Positions 25,066 to 39,297 are shown, counted from the first letter of the whole stretch. The stretch: DNA of 62,957 bases, filler included, from Octopus bimaculoides (GCF_001194135.2; 4 parts of 3 records of this genome joined end to end with filler, not necessarily neighbours in it), one strand, 5' to 3'. The notes: generated by a model from the letters alone, not told the origin. A program made the numbers and translations.

Positions 25066-25376
25066 GTGTCATTGAAATGACACTCCATTGGTTATGATGA
25101 CGAGGTTCCAGTTGATCTGATAATTAACATGCAAGTGGGTGAGTACTCCACAGACATGCATACCCTTAATGCAGTTTTCAAGGAGACTCAGTACGACGCA
25201 GTGTGACAAGGCTGTCTCCTTTTGAATTACAGGTACAGTTCACTTTTGCTAGCTGAGTGGACTGGAGCAACGTGAAATAAAGTGTCTTGCTCAAGGACAC
25301 AGCACACCACCAGGAGTTGAACTCACAACTTTACACTTATAAGCTGAGTACCCTAACCACTCAGCCATGCACTTTC
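25063..25376 (-). mobile_element. SINE family C (CORE-type), near full length
   Basis: gtgtcttgctcaaggacac and ccctaaccactcagccatgcac read as CORE and tRNA head on the minus strand. Confidence 0.75.
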
Positions 25377-25673
25377 ATGGGTTATTGAAATAAGTACCTG
25401 TTAAATATTGGGGTTGATGTAATCAACATGCCTCTTCCTCTCCAGAGTTTAAGGGCTTTGAATTGAGAGGTCACAACCTCCACTGCTTCTCACACCCCTC
25501 ATATGTATCGATGCGTTTATTTAAGAAAACAAACGAGTATATATTTTTTTGTAATGTATTTTCATTTTGTTTCCGACAATAATCTACTTAGTTGCTTTGT
25601 AGCTTATCTCTTTTATCTATATATATATATATATATCTATATATATATATATATCTATATATATATATATATA

Positions 25674-25733
<60 letters not shown>

Positions 25734-26519
25734 TATATACACACATACATATATATATATACATACACACTAGCAGATTGCGCAAGCTTTCTTTGTGCTG
25801 TCCAATATACATACATTACACGTTTGTATATATATATTCACACATTATAATATACATATACACATATACACACACATTCATACAGATATATATGCACACA
25901 CATATTTATACACACACACACACACACACACACACGTACATACAGTTGTAATCTAGGTAATCCACGTGCAGGCAACAGGTGTCTGTATTTAGAATGGATT
26001 TAATCTAATCTGCCGTCTCTTGTATTTTCCGCACGAGTGGCAAATCAACTCTGCCATGTGTCTGCAATGGAATCTTGCATTTTAATCATCACAAGCTAAA
26101 TAGTTGTTAATTTGAAGCCATTTACCAACAAGTCTGTCTCTACTCTTGTCTTGAGGGATTCTATTTTGCTATATTTTTTCGTTTCGTTCAGGTAAGACCC
26201 TGTTTCTGGTTCCAATTTAAATCTTCCTGTATTTGTTTTATATTTGTTTTTTTTTACCATTTTCCTCACAAGATGAATCAGCACCTGGCATACGTAAGAC
26301 CAGACGTATTCCTTTTATGATCATTTTGTCTTTTATTCAGAAATAGGGCCCTCTGGATTATTGTGTTGTCTGTTAGGGGTCTTGTAGATTGGTGAATTAA
26401 ATGCTTCTGGTATTCTGTCTTCTCCCTTTGTTTTTTTTTTTGTTTTTTTAGCATCAGTACCCTTGGGGTCAACTATCTTTTTCATTGTTCAGGGTTCTGA
26501 ACTTTGGGCCTTTCTTATA

Positions 26520-26712
26520 GCTTTTCACTTGTTTCTGTCATTTGACCGTGGCCATGCTGGGAATTTTAGCCAAATTAATCAATGCCAACACTTATTTTCT
26601 TTTTAAGCCTGGTAATTTATCAGTCTCTTTTGCTGGACTGCTAAGTTATGGGGACATAAGCACACCAACACTGGTTTTCAAGCAGTGGTGGGGGACAACA
26701 CATACACACATT

Positions 26713-26768
<56 letters not shown>

Positions 26769-26955
26769 NNNNNNNNNNCATATTTATACATACACACATA
26801 CGCGACAAGCTTCTCTCAGTTTCTATCTACCAAATCCACTCACAAAGCTTTGGTTGGCCCAAGGCTGCAGTAGAAGACACTTGCCCAAAGTGCCACGCAG
26901 TGGGACTGAACTCAGAGCCATGTGGTTGGGAAGCAAGCTTCTTACCGCACTGCCT
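26520..26955 (-). mobile_element. SINE family B
   Basis: ctaccaaatccactcacaaagctttggttggccc..gacacttgcccaaagtgcc. Confidence 0.85.
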
Positions 26956-27496
26956 CCGTGATTATTATTTTTGTCTTGTCATGTTTACTGTTGTCATTGT
27001 TGTCAAGATAATTGTTGTTGTTGCCATTGTTATCGTTTACATCGGGTTTTCCTATATCAGCAGATGTCGGATGGGTTTCATTACAACCTGAGTCATCTGG
27101 CACATGCACATACATATGCCTTCACACACACACACACACACACACACGCATTCATTCATTCATTCATGCATACATGCGTTCAATCACGCATGCACACAGT
27201 CATCCATATGCATGCACGCACACATACTTTACATTTATGTTCACGTGCACACATTCATTTAAGCACGTACACACACATATGTACACACACACGTAAACGC
27301 ACGTACACACACATACATGCACGTACATGTACGCACATGTACACATACATAGACACACACACACAAACACACATATGTAGGCACAAACACACATGTAGAC
27401 ACACACACACACACACAGGCGCGCACACACACACACATACAGGTGTGCGCACACACACACACACGCACACACAAAGATANNNNNNNNNNCAGGTGT

Positions 27497-27529
<33 letters not shown>

Positions 27530-28664
27530 GATATCAAACCAACTTTGTTGATGAGATAAATTAGTTTCTGTATTTTTTTATTCCCCCCCCCACTCCCAAT
27601 GCTTTTTAAATCTCCCTTTATTTATTTATCTATTTTATTGTACATCTCTTAATATTTTGCTCCTACAATCTCTTGTTATTTCATTTGTACTGCCTGTGAT
27701 TGAACTTGGGTCTCACATTTCGTAAAATAGATTAGAAGAAAATTAAGAAATGGAAACTCTAACAAAAAAAAATCCTATTCCTACTCTCCAAGAAAAAGAA
27801 AAAGAAATGTCACTCAGAAATGGTGTTATGATGATACCCTGCTTGGATGGGGTCATGGTACCCTTCTTGGATGGTGGAACCTAAGTAGAAAAATGGAAAG
27901 GAGCTGGATGTTAGTCATCAGTGAATGTGGAGAATGAAGAAGACCGACTTTATCGTGAATGGACAGTTAGTTGGAAATGGCAGCCTCTCTCTTACAAGGT
28001 GATTCCAATTCCATTTTCTTCATCTCCCCTAACTCTCTTCTGCCACCTTTATTCTGGTACATTGCATATAATGACCATGTGTGACCGTTAGGGTCTACAG
28101 TGGGTACTAATTACACAAGTGGTGTCTGGTGTCAGTGGACTGAAATTACAAATGGAAGTGGTGAGGTTAGATCTCAGGATCTTGGACTCTTTGGTAAAAT
28201 AACTTTGTCATAATTAAGCTTGTGTTTAGAACACAAATCAACATGGAATTGTAATGCCATGTTTTAACTTGGATCACTTTGAAACGGGGAAGTTTGTATC
28301 ATGGAACCCCAAAATAGTTCCAGGCTGGTTGATATCAAAAGAAGGGTTTTAACAGGAACCACTCTGTTGTGAGCACCTCTCTTCCTTTCCTCCTCCCACA
28401 CCCTTGTCTCAGGAAAAGGGTCATGGGCACAGACCCCCACCCCTACCCAGACCGTCCATTAGACAGAAAATACATCAGGGGATAATTACCTGTTGCCAGA
28501 TATCCTGTGGTGGTGTGGTGGGGGGTGGGGGCACCGAAGCAATTTTTCTAACATTGGTGAAAATGGTTGTTAATCAATAATCGATTGATCTGTCCAATCA
28601 TATATTCAACGGTATTTTGTTTATTTGTTCTTTTTTGTTTTGTGATGGATGGATGTGTGTGTGT

Positions 28665-28697
<33 letters not shown>

Positions 28698-29403
28698 GAG
28701 GAGTGGTGTTCGTGGTGGGGGACGTTCGGTTTGTTTTCCAAAAAGAAAAAAAAGAAACTGGACTGATGCCATAATTGTTAAGTCTAGCTTAAATAATCTG
28801 CAGAGTTCCATTGTAATTTGAGTCTACAATTGTTTCTTTGTCCCATCCTCACCCCCACTCACCTTTAACACGATAGTGGTTACAGTGATGATGGTGGTGG
28901 TGGGGATGGTAGTAATTTTTGTAATTAACGAAGCTGCTAAGATAATGCCTATGTGCCATTTCTGCACTTCTCACAAGCCTCTGTGTGAGTGTGTTAAATT
29001 TTATTGTGCATGTTTGTCTGCACGCACTTGTGTGTTGCATTTCTGTGTGTTGTGGGTGCATGTATCGCGTAATTTAGCTGCAAGTCTCAATCCTGATTAA
29101 GCAGATCTTTAGTCAAAAGTATTCCTGCCATGACCATCCTCACATTTTGGGTGTATTTTGCAAGAACTGTGTTATTGAATGTCCTTTTCTTTGCCAGTAA
29201 GATTTGTACATATATGTATATATATACTGTATAATATTTTGTGATGATGATGAACATATATACATACATATATATATAAATTTAATGAATGGAGTAAACG
29301 CATATTATAACTGCATACTTATTACATATTATAACTGCATATTTATTACTAGGAGAAAATAAATACATATAATAAAATATATATATATATATATATATAT
29401 ATA

Positions 29404-29503
29404 NNNNNNNNNNNNNNNNNNNNNNNNNNNNNNNNNNNNNNNNNNNNTTAATTAATTAANNNNNNNNNNNNNNNNNNNNNNNNNNNNNNNNNNNNNNNNN
29501 NNN
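29404..29503. other. Artificial scaffold join N44-TTAATTAATTAA-N44
   Basis: Identical pattern to 5042-5141. Confidence 0.9.
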
Positions 29504-29549
29504 TCTCATATGATGTATGTGTGTATATAAGAAAGTGCCTATGTAGTGT

Positions 29550-30211
29550 GTGTGTAAGTCAAAAATTATCAGCACTTTCGCCATAGCATATCTTTTTCAT
29601 TGTCACTCTGCCTTCTGCACATGCGTGCTTATAGTCGGTGCTATTGTGATCACGTGATCAAAGTTTGAGCCTGACCGCGCCCTTTTTCTCTGGCTTTCCA
29701 GTGTAAGCATTGCCGCTCCACTAGCAATGTGCACGAAAGAAGAACAAAGAGCAGTGATCCGAGAGATGCTAATGGTGAACCGGTTCATCATTACTATCAC
29801 TCGAGTTTGCTAAATCTTGTCGCCAATGGTGGATGTTGATGGGCATCCCTCTTCGTACGTCACGCTTGTCCGGCAACTTTGAAACTTCTCGATCCACTCA
29901 TACACACTTTTACGTGCACTGTGCTCGAATTGTGATAATAAAAGCCCCCGAGAAATTTCGAAACCTGACACACCTTTCGCCCAGTGAGATTGGATCACTG
30001 CTCTTTGTTCTTCTTTGGTGCACATTGCTAGTGAAGCGGGCATGGATACATTCTAAAGTCAGAAAGGAAAATTGCGCGATGAGCGAGGCTCAATCTTCGA
30101 TCATGTGACCACAGCAGTACCAACTATAAGTGCGCATGCGCCAAAAGCAGTGTGACATTGATAAAGATGTGTTATGGCGTAAGTGCGGATAATTTTTGAC
30201 TTCACGTCGTA
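29550..30211. mobile_element. Mariner-derived fold-back element made of two convergent 5' ends
   Basis: Plus arm ~29550-29760 and minus arm ~29810-30211 both read agtcaaaaattatc..gcact...ctagcaatgtgcac.aaagaagaacaaagagcagtgatcc (MCTKEEQRAVI). The minus arm continues RKSVYEWIEKF..RTSV (mariner HTH). TA at 30210-30211. Confidence 0.85.
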
Positions 30212-30246
30212 TATATATATATACACATAAGGAAAATACTTTGTTT

Positions 30247-30286
<40 letters not shown>

Positions 30287-30306
30287 CACATAAGGAAAAT
30301 ACTTTG

Positions 30307-30343
<37 letters not shown>

Positions 30344-30829
30344 TATATATATACATATATATGTACATATATGTATATATATATGCGCGTATATATACAT
30401 TCATACACACACACACACGCATATATATATGCATACATGTGAAAATACATGCGTACATTCATTGAAATCCATATGATTATTCTGTGCTCCCGGTTTTGTC
30501 AGAAGCCTTGATTACTTGGATTTGATGTGATGAATTTAGGTTGTGATGAGACAAAAAATTAATTTAAAACTTCAACTGGAGAGTGCTAGACAACACAGAG
30601 ATTTCTATCCTGAGAGCGAAAGATGATGTTAAGCTGCTATCTTTTGTGTAAAGGCGTTATGTTTGTGATCATGTGCACAATGATATAGTTGTCATAACCT
30701 GTCTACTTCGTTTAACGCACGCCCATTTTTGATCAACGGTTTCAATTTATGAATAAGGAGGGCGTCCTTCATCCTCAAATTACTGATGTTACGTTCTTTT
30801 TTCTTAACGTTGATTATTAATATTCAGAA

Positions 30830-31020
30830 AGCTGCGAGATCGCAGAATCGTTAGCGCGCCGTGCATTAATGCATAGCAGCATTTTGTCCGTCTTTACTTA
30901 CAGAATTTAAATTCCATCGAGATTTACTTTGCCTTTCATCCTTTCGGGATCGATAAAGTAAGATCTAATCGATTTACACCCTCCCTAGAATTGTTGGCTT
31001 TGTGTCAAATCTTGAAAGCA
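30830..31020 (+). mobile_element. SINE family A, degenerate
   Basis: gcagaatcgttagcg...tttgcctttcatcctttcgggatcgataaa. Confidence 0.75.
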
Positions 31021-32290
31021 ATTATTAGTATACAGTTCCGAGCGTGGCATTTCTTCAGATTTTTTTTGTAACAAAATGTTTGTCTGCATGTGTTCCTTTT
31101 GTGCTTACGTAACTTTCAAAGGAATATTCTCGTTCAACTTGTTCTGTAGACAGCTAGTTTTGAAAAAATACGAGGAAACTTGGAGGATGCTTATATTCAT
31201 TACGATACAATGGTAATCCTGTGTAAAGGATTTATGTATCTTTTATTTTTTACGCGTTTCAGTCTTTGGAATGCGGCCATACCGGGACATCGCCTAGAAG
31301 GGTTAAAAGAACAAATCGGCCCCAGAACTTATTTCTCCATCTTTTTGCCAAACCGCTGTTACGAGGAATAAAACGAACCAGCGCCAGTAGATAAACGATG
31401 GGAAGATATACATGTATTCATACAGGCACGCACACACACGCACACACACGCTGACCGCTACACATTTTTTTCTCTCCTTGTTTCTCTCCTTATTTCTTTC
31501 TGTGTTCCTTTCAGTTGAAGAGCGTAGGATCGAAACCTTAAAGACTTTCCCTATTCCCGAGCATTATACTAATACGTCCATTTGTTGTTTACACCACCTA
31601 TCTTCGTATGTTGTTTTTTCGTGAATTCTCCTATGCATATACATACATATATACATACATACATACATACACTCATGCAAGCACCGGAATTTCACAATAT
31701 GAACGGTGTTATGCATAATCGTAATTTGTGACATCCATGTCAACAGAAATTGTGTGAAACATAAAATATTGGACGGCATTTATACATTTTGAGCTTTTGA
31801 ATAAATGAAGAAAAAAATATATTCTGCAAACTGCTGGATGGGTAGGTAGTGTGAGACGACGTGACGATAAATTACTTTATGCGAATTATAATTATATTCT
31901 CTCACATATCTCTTAAGTTTTCTCACTCGATTCTAATTTCCAGTCGTATTAAATACAAAAGCCAGAACCTTTCTGATAACCTTATCCATTATCCTGATGT
32001 ATTTATTAAAAACTCGATAACAACTTAATGCTGATCTCAAAGAATCAGTTAGCGAAGGACTACGGTTTTTCTGAAATTTTCTCTCTCTCTTTTTTTTTCC
32101 GTTTCTATTCATAGAATTGCTATTACGCATTTACAATGAAGACATACATACTGTTTGTTGCGATAGCGAGTTAGCTTTTAAATAATCTGCAGGTTGCCAA
32201 CGTTCATCTCTTGTATTTTCTCTAAACTTATTTCACCTGCTTTCATATTTCCCCATCCTTTCTATCACTGGCAGCCACTCACTCTTCTCA

Positions 32291-32353
<63 letters not shown>

Positions 32354-32638
32354 TTATCTATCTATCTATATATCTATCTATCTGTTTCTTTGTTTGTCCG
32401 TATCTCTCTCTCTCTCTATCTCTCTCTCTGTATGTATGTATGTATAAAAATATATGTATATATATATGTATGCATTATATTTATATATTATTGTATATAC
32501 ATATTTGTGTTATATATATGTGTGTATGTTTATCAGTAATATATACATATATATATATGTGTGCGTGTGTGTGTATGTACATATATGCATATACACACAT
32601 ACATATATATATATTAATATATTTGTGTGTGTGTGTGC

Positions 32639-32691
<53 letters not shown>

Positions 32692-35600
32692 NNNNNNNNN
32701 NNNNNNNNNNNNNNNNNNNNNNNNNNNNNNNNNNNNNNNNNNNNNNNNNNNNNNNNNNNNNNNNNNNNNNNNNNNNNNNNNNNNNNNNNNNNNNNNNNNN
32801 NNNNNNNNNNNNNNNNNNNNNNNNNNNNNNNNNNNNNNNNNNNNNNNNNNNNNNNNNNNNNNNNNNNNNNNNNNNNNNNNNNNNNNNNNNNNNNNNNNNN
32901 NNNNNNNNNNNNNNNNNNNNNNNNNNNNNNNNNNNNNNNNNNNNNNNNNNNNNNNNNNNNNNNNNNNNNNNNNNNNNNNNNNNNNNNNNNNNNNNNNNNN
33001 NNNNNNNNNNNNNNNNNNNNNNNNNNNNNNNNNNNNNNNNNNNNNNNNNNNNNNNNNNNNNNNNNNNNNNNNNNNNNNNNNNNNNNNNNNNNNNNNNNNN
33101 NNNNNNNNNNNNNNNNNNNNNNNNNNNNNNNNNNNNNNNNNNNNNNNNNNNNNNNNNNNNNNNNNNNNNNNNNNNNNNNNNNNNNNNNNNNNNNNNNNNN
33201 NNNNNNNNNNNNNNNNNNNNNNNNNNNNNNNNNNNNNNNNNNNNNNNNNNNNNNNNNNNNNNNNNNNNNNNNNNNNNNNNNNNNNNNNNNNNNNNNNNNN
33301 NNNNNNNNNNNNNNNNNNNNNNNNNNNNNNNNNNNNNNNNNNNNNNNNNNNNNNNNNNNNNNNNNNNNNNNNNNNNNNNNNNNNNNNNNNNNNNNNNNNN
33401 NNNNNNNNNNNNNNNNNNNNNNNNNNNNNNNNNNNNNNNNNNNNNNNNNNNNNNNNNNNNNNNNNNNNNNNNNNNNNNNNNNNNNNNNNNNNNNNNNNNN
33501 NNNNNNNNNNNNNNNNNNNNNNNNNNNNNNNNNNNNNNNNNNNNNNNNNNNNNNNNNNNNNNNNNNNNNNNNNNNNNNNNNNNNNNNNNNNNNNNNNNNN
33601 NNNNNNNNNNNNNNNNNNNNNNNNNNNNNNNNNNNNNNNNNNNNNNNNNNNNNNAGGTATATGATAGGATTGCTTCAATATTTCAGGGGTAGTCTGAAGT
33701 ATCTAAGCAACCAGGGGATAGTTAAATCCGAAGGCACTCCTGGAGATTACTTGTGTGGATACCGTCTTTGTTCGAAGGTATCCAGACGCAGATAATTTAT
33801 TGTTTAAACTGCAGTTTGTAATTATAATTAAGTGGAGAATGGAGAAACAAACACAAGAAGAAGCAAGTCAAGTGGGCTAATTAGTCATTGATTTAATTAT
33901 GTGGAGATTATATAATGAGTCATTTACGATCGTTTCGATGTGCCAAGTGGTTTGGCAGATCTCTTCAGAATGTTGAGAAGGATGTTAAAGTTCATGGTGT
34001 GAGAGATGCAGGAGTAACAATTAGTGAATATAGTAATGCATATAGTGGTATAAGAATAGAGTTAGGTAAAGTTAGTCTTACATATCAGTTGAAGTTGTGT
34101 TAATAGTCTTTCTGTATGTAGTTATTGTATTTGTATTTTTATCTCTGTGTCCTACTACTTCTGTACTTCTGGTTATTTTTCCGGACTGGCAGTCCACCTG
34201 CTTTTCCATCACTCCTTCTGGAGCCCTAATATTCATTCTTATCACAGTATGAAATTATACTATCTTCTCCCTTATTTTGTGTCTATTTCTTGCTGCGTCC
34301 CTTTGTATGCCACCTCTCCGTCTCTTTGTCTCTCGTATCCCAGTTTTGTTCGCCATTTTTCTTTTGTCAATGTCTTGATCTGTTTCCATTTCTACCTGTA
34401 TGTTTCACTCTCTTTAGATATTTTTTTTTGTCATCTGTTTTCCTATAAACATCAACCATACAATATTTCTATATCAACTGATTTTTCCAAACAATGTGTT
34501 CTATACCTTCATTCGTCATTCACCTGTATGCCTAAAGCTTTTCTGTCCATTTGTCCGTCTCTGTATATATATATGTGTGTTTTAACTTTTCGCTCTATCC
34601 TCTCCCTCTCTCCCTCTCTTTCTCTTTCTCTTTCTCTTTATCTATCTACGTATCTATCTATCTATGTCTTGCATTCTGTCTCGCACACATGCACCTCTTT
34701 CACCATCGTTGATGGATTTTACCAATCCATGTACATCTCAGTATTTCCACTAAATTTAAGTGACTATCAATCATGGTTAGGATAATGACTTTATAACATT
34801 AGCTAACCTAACCTAAACTCAAATGATATATGACCGTACTTTTCTTTAATCCATAATAATACAGTTTAGTCCAACATACATTTATTGATGCAATTCTTGG
34901 ACACACCATCATTGGGTGTTTCAAGTCGAAGAACATAGTCACTCATCCAGGGAACACAAACTAGATTGGGCCTGTGTCCAATCAACATTTAACACAGTCT
35001 ACCGATCACTTTTTTTAGCCCTTTTTCTGCTCATTGCATTAATTCTCAGCGTTCTATAGATCTTACTCAGTGTAGGAATGGAGTGTTGCTACAATCTTGC
35101 CATATAACACTTTTAGAAACATTTATATGTCAGGACAAAAGGATCTCCGTGTCGAAGTATTTTACTTTGGCCTTTATGCTTCCAAACCCAACAATACAAC
35201 ATTTTTCTACATTGAGTCTCGCTCAGCCACCAAGTGAATGAATTATTCTAAACGGACTGAAGTTGTGAGGACATGTATTTCCACCCAAATCCATTGGAAA
35301 AAAACAGACTCATCGAAGCCAGCCAATTCGTTAAACTTTGAGCCCGACTTTTACAGCAGGAAACGTTACTTACCGTTGGAATTTATTTTAAATTTGTGAG
35401 GGCTTATATATCAACCCAGGATCATTGGAAGGCTTATTTTCACCAAAGCAAGACAATTCATTAAATTCTGAGCCCGTCTTTTAACAGCAGAAATATCTGC
35501 TTACCACTGAAATGTATTTGCTGTTATGGCAGAAACAGAAGTGTCGATCATTCGGCTGGGAGTAGTTTCACAAAAAGTATTACAACTGAAATCAGTGCTT

Positions 35601-36159
35601 ATCAAAGGAAAAGGTTAGCATATTGGAAACAAAGTTAAAATGTTAACTGTAAGTTTGTGATACGCAGATTTTCCTCAGTTTTTCAGAAGTTTAAGGCACT
35701 GCTTTGCACCGATGGGTTTTTAGGTTCAGTATCATTGTATGACATATTGGGAATTGATTTCTACTGTAACCCCGGATTGAACAATTAGCAAATAAATTCC
35801 CAAATAATATTGGGAATTTATTTATGCAGTTCTTGAGTGTATAAAATTATGTGTTTTACGGTGCTGGTACATTCTCTTGTTCTTGCAATCTTTGAAATAT
35901 AGACAGGAATTTCTATGTCAATTCAGTGGATATAAGTAGTACATAGAAATCTAAACACAATTTTCTTTCTGACCTCTTTACGTGTTAATGATTTCTGATT
36001 TATGCACGAAACGATTAATTTTTGAGGGGAGGAGTTAAGTCGATACCTTCGATCTAAGTACTTACCATAATACAACGCGCGTTTGTGACTGAAATATTTG
36101 TGAACCAGTAAAATGTTAAAGGGTTTCTAGTGCACTCTGTACCCTTCTTATTAATATTT

Positions 36160-37050
36160 AATTCTTGTCAAAACGCTTAGCGTCATTTTGTCCGTCTTTA
36201 TTTTCTGAATTCAAAATTCGACGAGGTCGTCTTTTCTTTTCATCCTTTCGAGGTCGATAAAATAAGTACCTCTCCCCCAAAATAACTTACCTCTCCCTCA
36301 GAATTGCTGAACTTGTGCCAAAATTTGAAATCAATATTTAATTCTAATTTCTAAAAATATTAAGCTCAGTTTTGATGTTTATTTGACAGAATCGTTAGAG
36401 TGTTGGAAAAACGCCGTACGTCGCTATTTGCTCCGACTCTTTAGTCTCTGAGTTCAGATCCCACTTAGGTTAGCTTTGCATTTCATCCTTTTCAGTTCGA
36501 TTAAATAAAATACCAGACAAATACTGGGACCGACGGTACCCGCTAACATCCCTCCGCTTCAACTACGCTGGCTTTGTCCCTAAATTAGAAACAGTACATT
36601 AAGGTCAGGTTATTTATCATTTCCAGTCGCTGAGGTTGGTAAGATTTTTAGCGTATTGAACAATATGCTTAGTGACATTTTTCCAGCTCTTCACGTTTTG
36701 AACTCAAATGCCACCAGCCTCAAAATTGTCTTTTCTCCTTTCGGGTACAATTTGAACACTGGGGCCGATGTTATCGACTAGACCCTTGCCCCCACAGAAT
36801 TACTGACCTTGAACCAAAAATTGAAACCATTAATTTCACTGGGTGAGATTACAGAATCATTAGCGCATCGAACAAAATGTTTAACGACATTTGTTCTGGT
36901 TTTTCACGTTCTGAGTTCAAATGTAAGACCTCAGATTAACTTTGCCTTACATCCTTTTAGGTTTCGGTAAAACATGATACCATCCAAATACTGGCATCAA
37001 TGGAAACGACAAATCCCTCTCACCAAAATATTGCTGGCCTCATAGCAAAA
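36160..37050 (+). mobile_element. Four co-oriented decayed family A SINEs
   Basis: Heads near 36165, 36385, 36640 and 36850, each with gttag..ttctgagttcaaat..ttcatccttt-like motifs. Confidence 0.7.
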
Positions 37051-37889
37051 TTTCAAAAACAAACAAACAGAAAACAATTTTTACAATTTGCTAAAAACTT
37101 CATGATATATATATTTACAATATCACATTATTCTATTTACTAGTTTAAAATTTCATCCAGTAAATTTTACTCCTCACATTTTTTAAATTTCAGTTTTCAA
37201 TTCTCCAGATTTTTGCTTGCCTATACGGAATTATTATCATTGCATATAATTTCTGAATATTTTCTTTTATTCAGCACAATTTGGTATTGTTTCGTTTGGT
37301 CAATCTAGTTTGTGATTTGCGTCAGCCATCAATTGATTTGATTTTTGTTTAACCACACAAAAAGCCAAACATTATTTCGATAATTCATGAGGATAGTCAC
37401 TTGATACGCATGGTAGACTATCGCACTAAATGTATTAGTTTCTTCAGTTTAGGTCCTAAGTTCAATCCCCACCAGGTTCAACTTCGCTTTTCATCCATCC
37501 GGGAGGAAAAGACGGGAATCAATAATATAAGTCCCACAATTGGGCTCGAAGCAATCGACTGTATCCACCCCCTTTCTAAAATTGGTTTTACGCATAACTA
37601 CGATATAGATATTTTGCGCGTCTTTGTATATAGATAGATAAATCATGTGTGTGTGTGTGTGTATATGAAGAAGTACATACATACATACATACATACATAC
37701 ATACATACATACATACATGCATGCATGCATTTATATGAGACAGAGAGAAGTGGGGAAATTAGGAAGACACAGGCAGGCAGACAAAGAAAAAAAACAGAGA
37801 GAATGAAAAGATGAAAAGTTAATGGAGGATAGGGTGTAGATAAGGCGGTGGCAGGAACCCAAGGATGGCAAGGAACAAATTACATATGA

Positions 37890-38270
37890 TATCGATTACA
37901 ATGTGATAGAAGTTTTTCGCATTGTTTGACAGTCGAAAAAGATCACACAATGTGATACAATCAATTGCTTCTATGAGCCATCGAAAAGTCATTAAGTTTT
38001 TAGTGCTTCCGCATGATCAGCTTGGCATTAAACATATTAAGTCTCCACTTCAGACAGGGAGTCGTCTAGACCGCCAAAACAGAAACAACACACTCGATCG
38101 CCCTTCCAATAGTATCTATAGTTAAAATGGTACTCAACCAGCCGTCCTTGTTCAATATTTCTATCACGTCTGATTTAATAAGTTACTTCCAGACAAAAGG
38201 AAAAATATTGAATATAGATAAAGATCCGGCCTTCTTCATTCCGAAAACCAAACAAACAAACAATATAAAG
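37890..38270 (+). pseudogene. Possible decayed TIR-domain relic
   Basis: By-eye fragments DRSF, NVIQSIASMSHRKVIKFL and DKDPAFF resemble TIR motifs (RDF.PG / NI..SI..SRKVI.VLS / C-terminal F); frameshifts and stops. Confidence 0.25.
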
Positions 38271-38996
38271 CAAAGCATAAATAATCAAAGAAACAAAAAT
38301 GATACTTCAGCAAAAGACAAAAAAAAAAAATAACAATGTAAGCTAAACTAGCATAGAGGATAAATATATTAGTTTATGTTGTTATTAGTATTACTACGAT
38401 TATTAATATTGTTGTTGCTGTTGTTATGTTTACTTTTGTTACAATTATTATAGTTGTTTTTTATGCTGTTTTTTTTTTATTTGTTGTTGTAGTTGTTACT
38501 GTAGTTGATTGGGATTATAGTGACAATGTTTACATGGTCATTTGTATTTTCGTAGTTATTTATTGTTTTGCTTTCTTTTGCTATTGTTGTTGAAAATCGT
38601 TGGGGTGTTTTTTTTCATTGCGCTTCCTGTTGCAACAAAACAAAAAAAAAGGAAAAACAAGATGGCGATAACAACATTGTCGTCCGTAGATACTGTTATA
38701 AGTGTTGTTATTGTCATTGATATCATTACTTATATCATCTCGGTGTTTGTTGGGTTGTCTCTATGAATGAACTTGATTTAATCGACTCCCACTCCACAAG
38801 ACTAGCCTACATAATTGTTAGCGCCTAGGAGACAAAATGTTCATCGGTATTTTTCTCCGGTCCTGTACATCAAGCGCTCAATTTCTGCCGCAGTCAGCTT
38901 TGTCTTTCCGGGTCGACAAAATATAGTACCGATCAAAAACTGAGACTTTTGCAATCTCCCCTCAAAATTTCTAGCAGTGTGCCTATAACAGAAAGG

Positions 38997-39086
38997 ATTA
39001 TTATTATTATTATTATTATTATTATTGTTGTTGTTGTTGCTGTTGTTGTTGTTGTTGTTGTTGTTGTTCTTCTTCTTCTTCTTCTT

Positions 39087-39117
<31 letters not shown>

Positions 39118-39153
39118 TTTTTATTATTATTATTATCATTATTATTATTATTA

Positions 39154-39188
<35 letters not shown>

Positions 39189-39258
39189 GTTGTTGTTGTT
39201 GCTGTTGTTGTTGTTGTTGTTGTTCTTCTTCTTCTTATTATTATTATTATTATTATTA

Positions 39259-39296
<38 letters not shown>

Positions 39297-39297
39297 G
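38997..39297. repeat. Duplicated compound microsatellite (ATT)n(GTT)4GCT(GTT)n(CTT)n(ATT)n, tail of a family A SINE
   Basis: The same block order and GCT interruption occur twice. Confidence 0.9.

Noticed and set aside
27900-28000. Exon-like VNVENEEDRLYREWTVSWKWQPLSYK ending at AAG|GTGATT
   Set aside because: Weak acceptor and no recognisable homology; not supportable by eye.
32194-33795. Longest ORFs in the track (533, 412, 354, 345 aa) and other X-rich ORFs
   Set aside because: They are read-through of N gaps plus microsatellite translation.
35315-35520. Imperfect ~65-bp direct repeat pair, each with a minus-strand GGTAAG
   Set aside because: No coherent exon or frame; too short to interpret.
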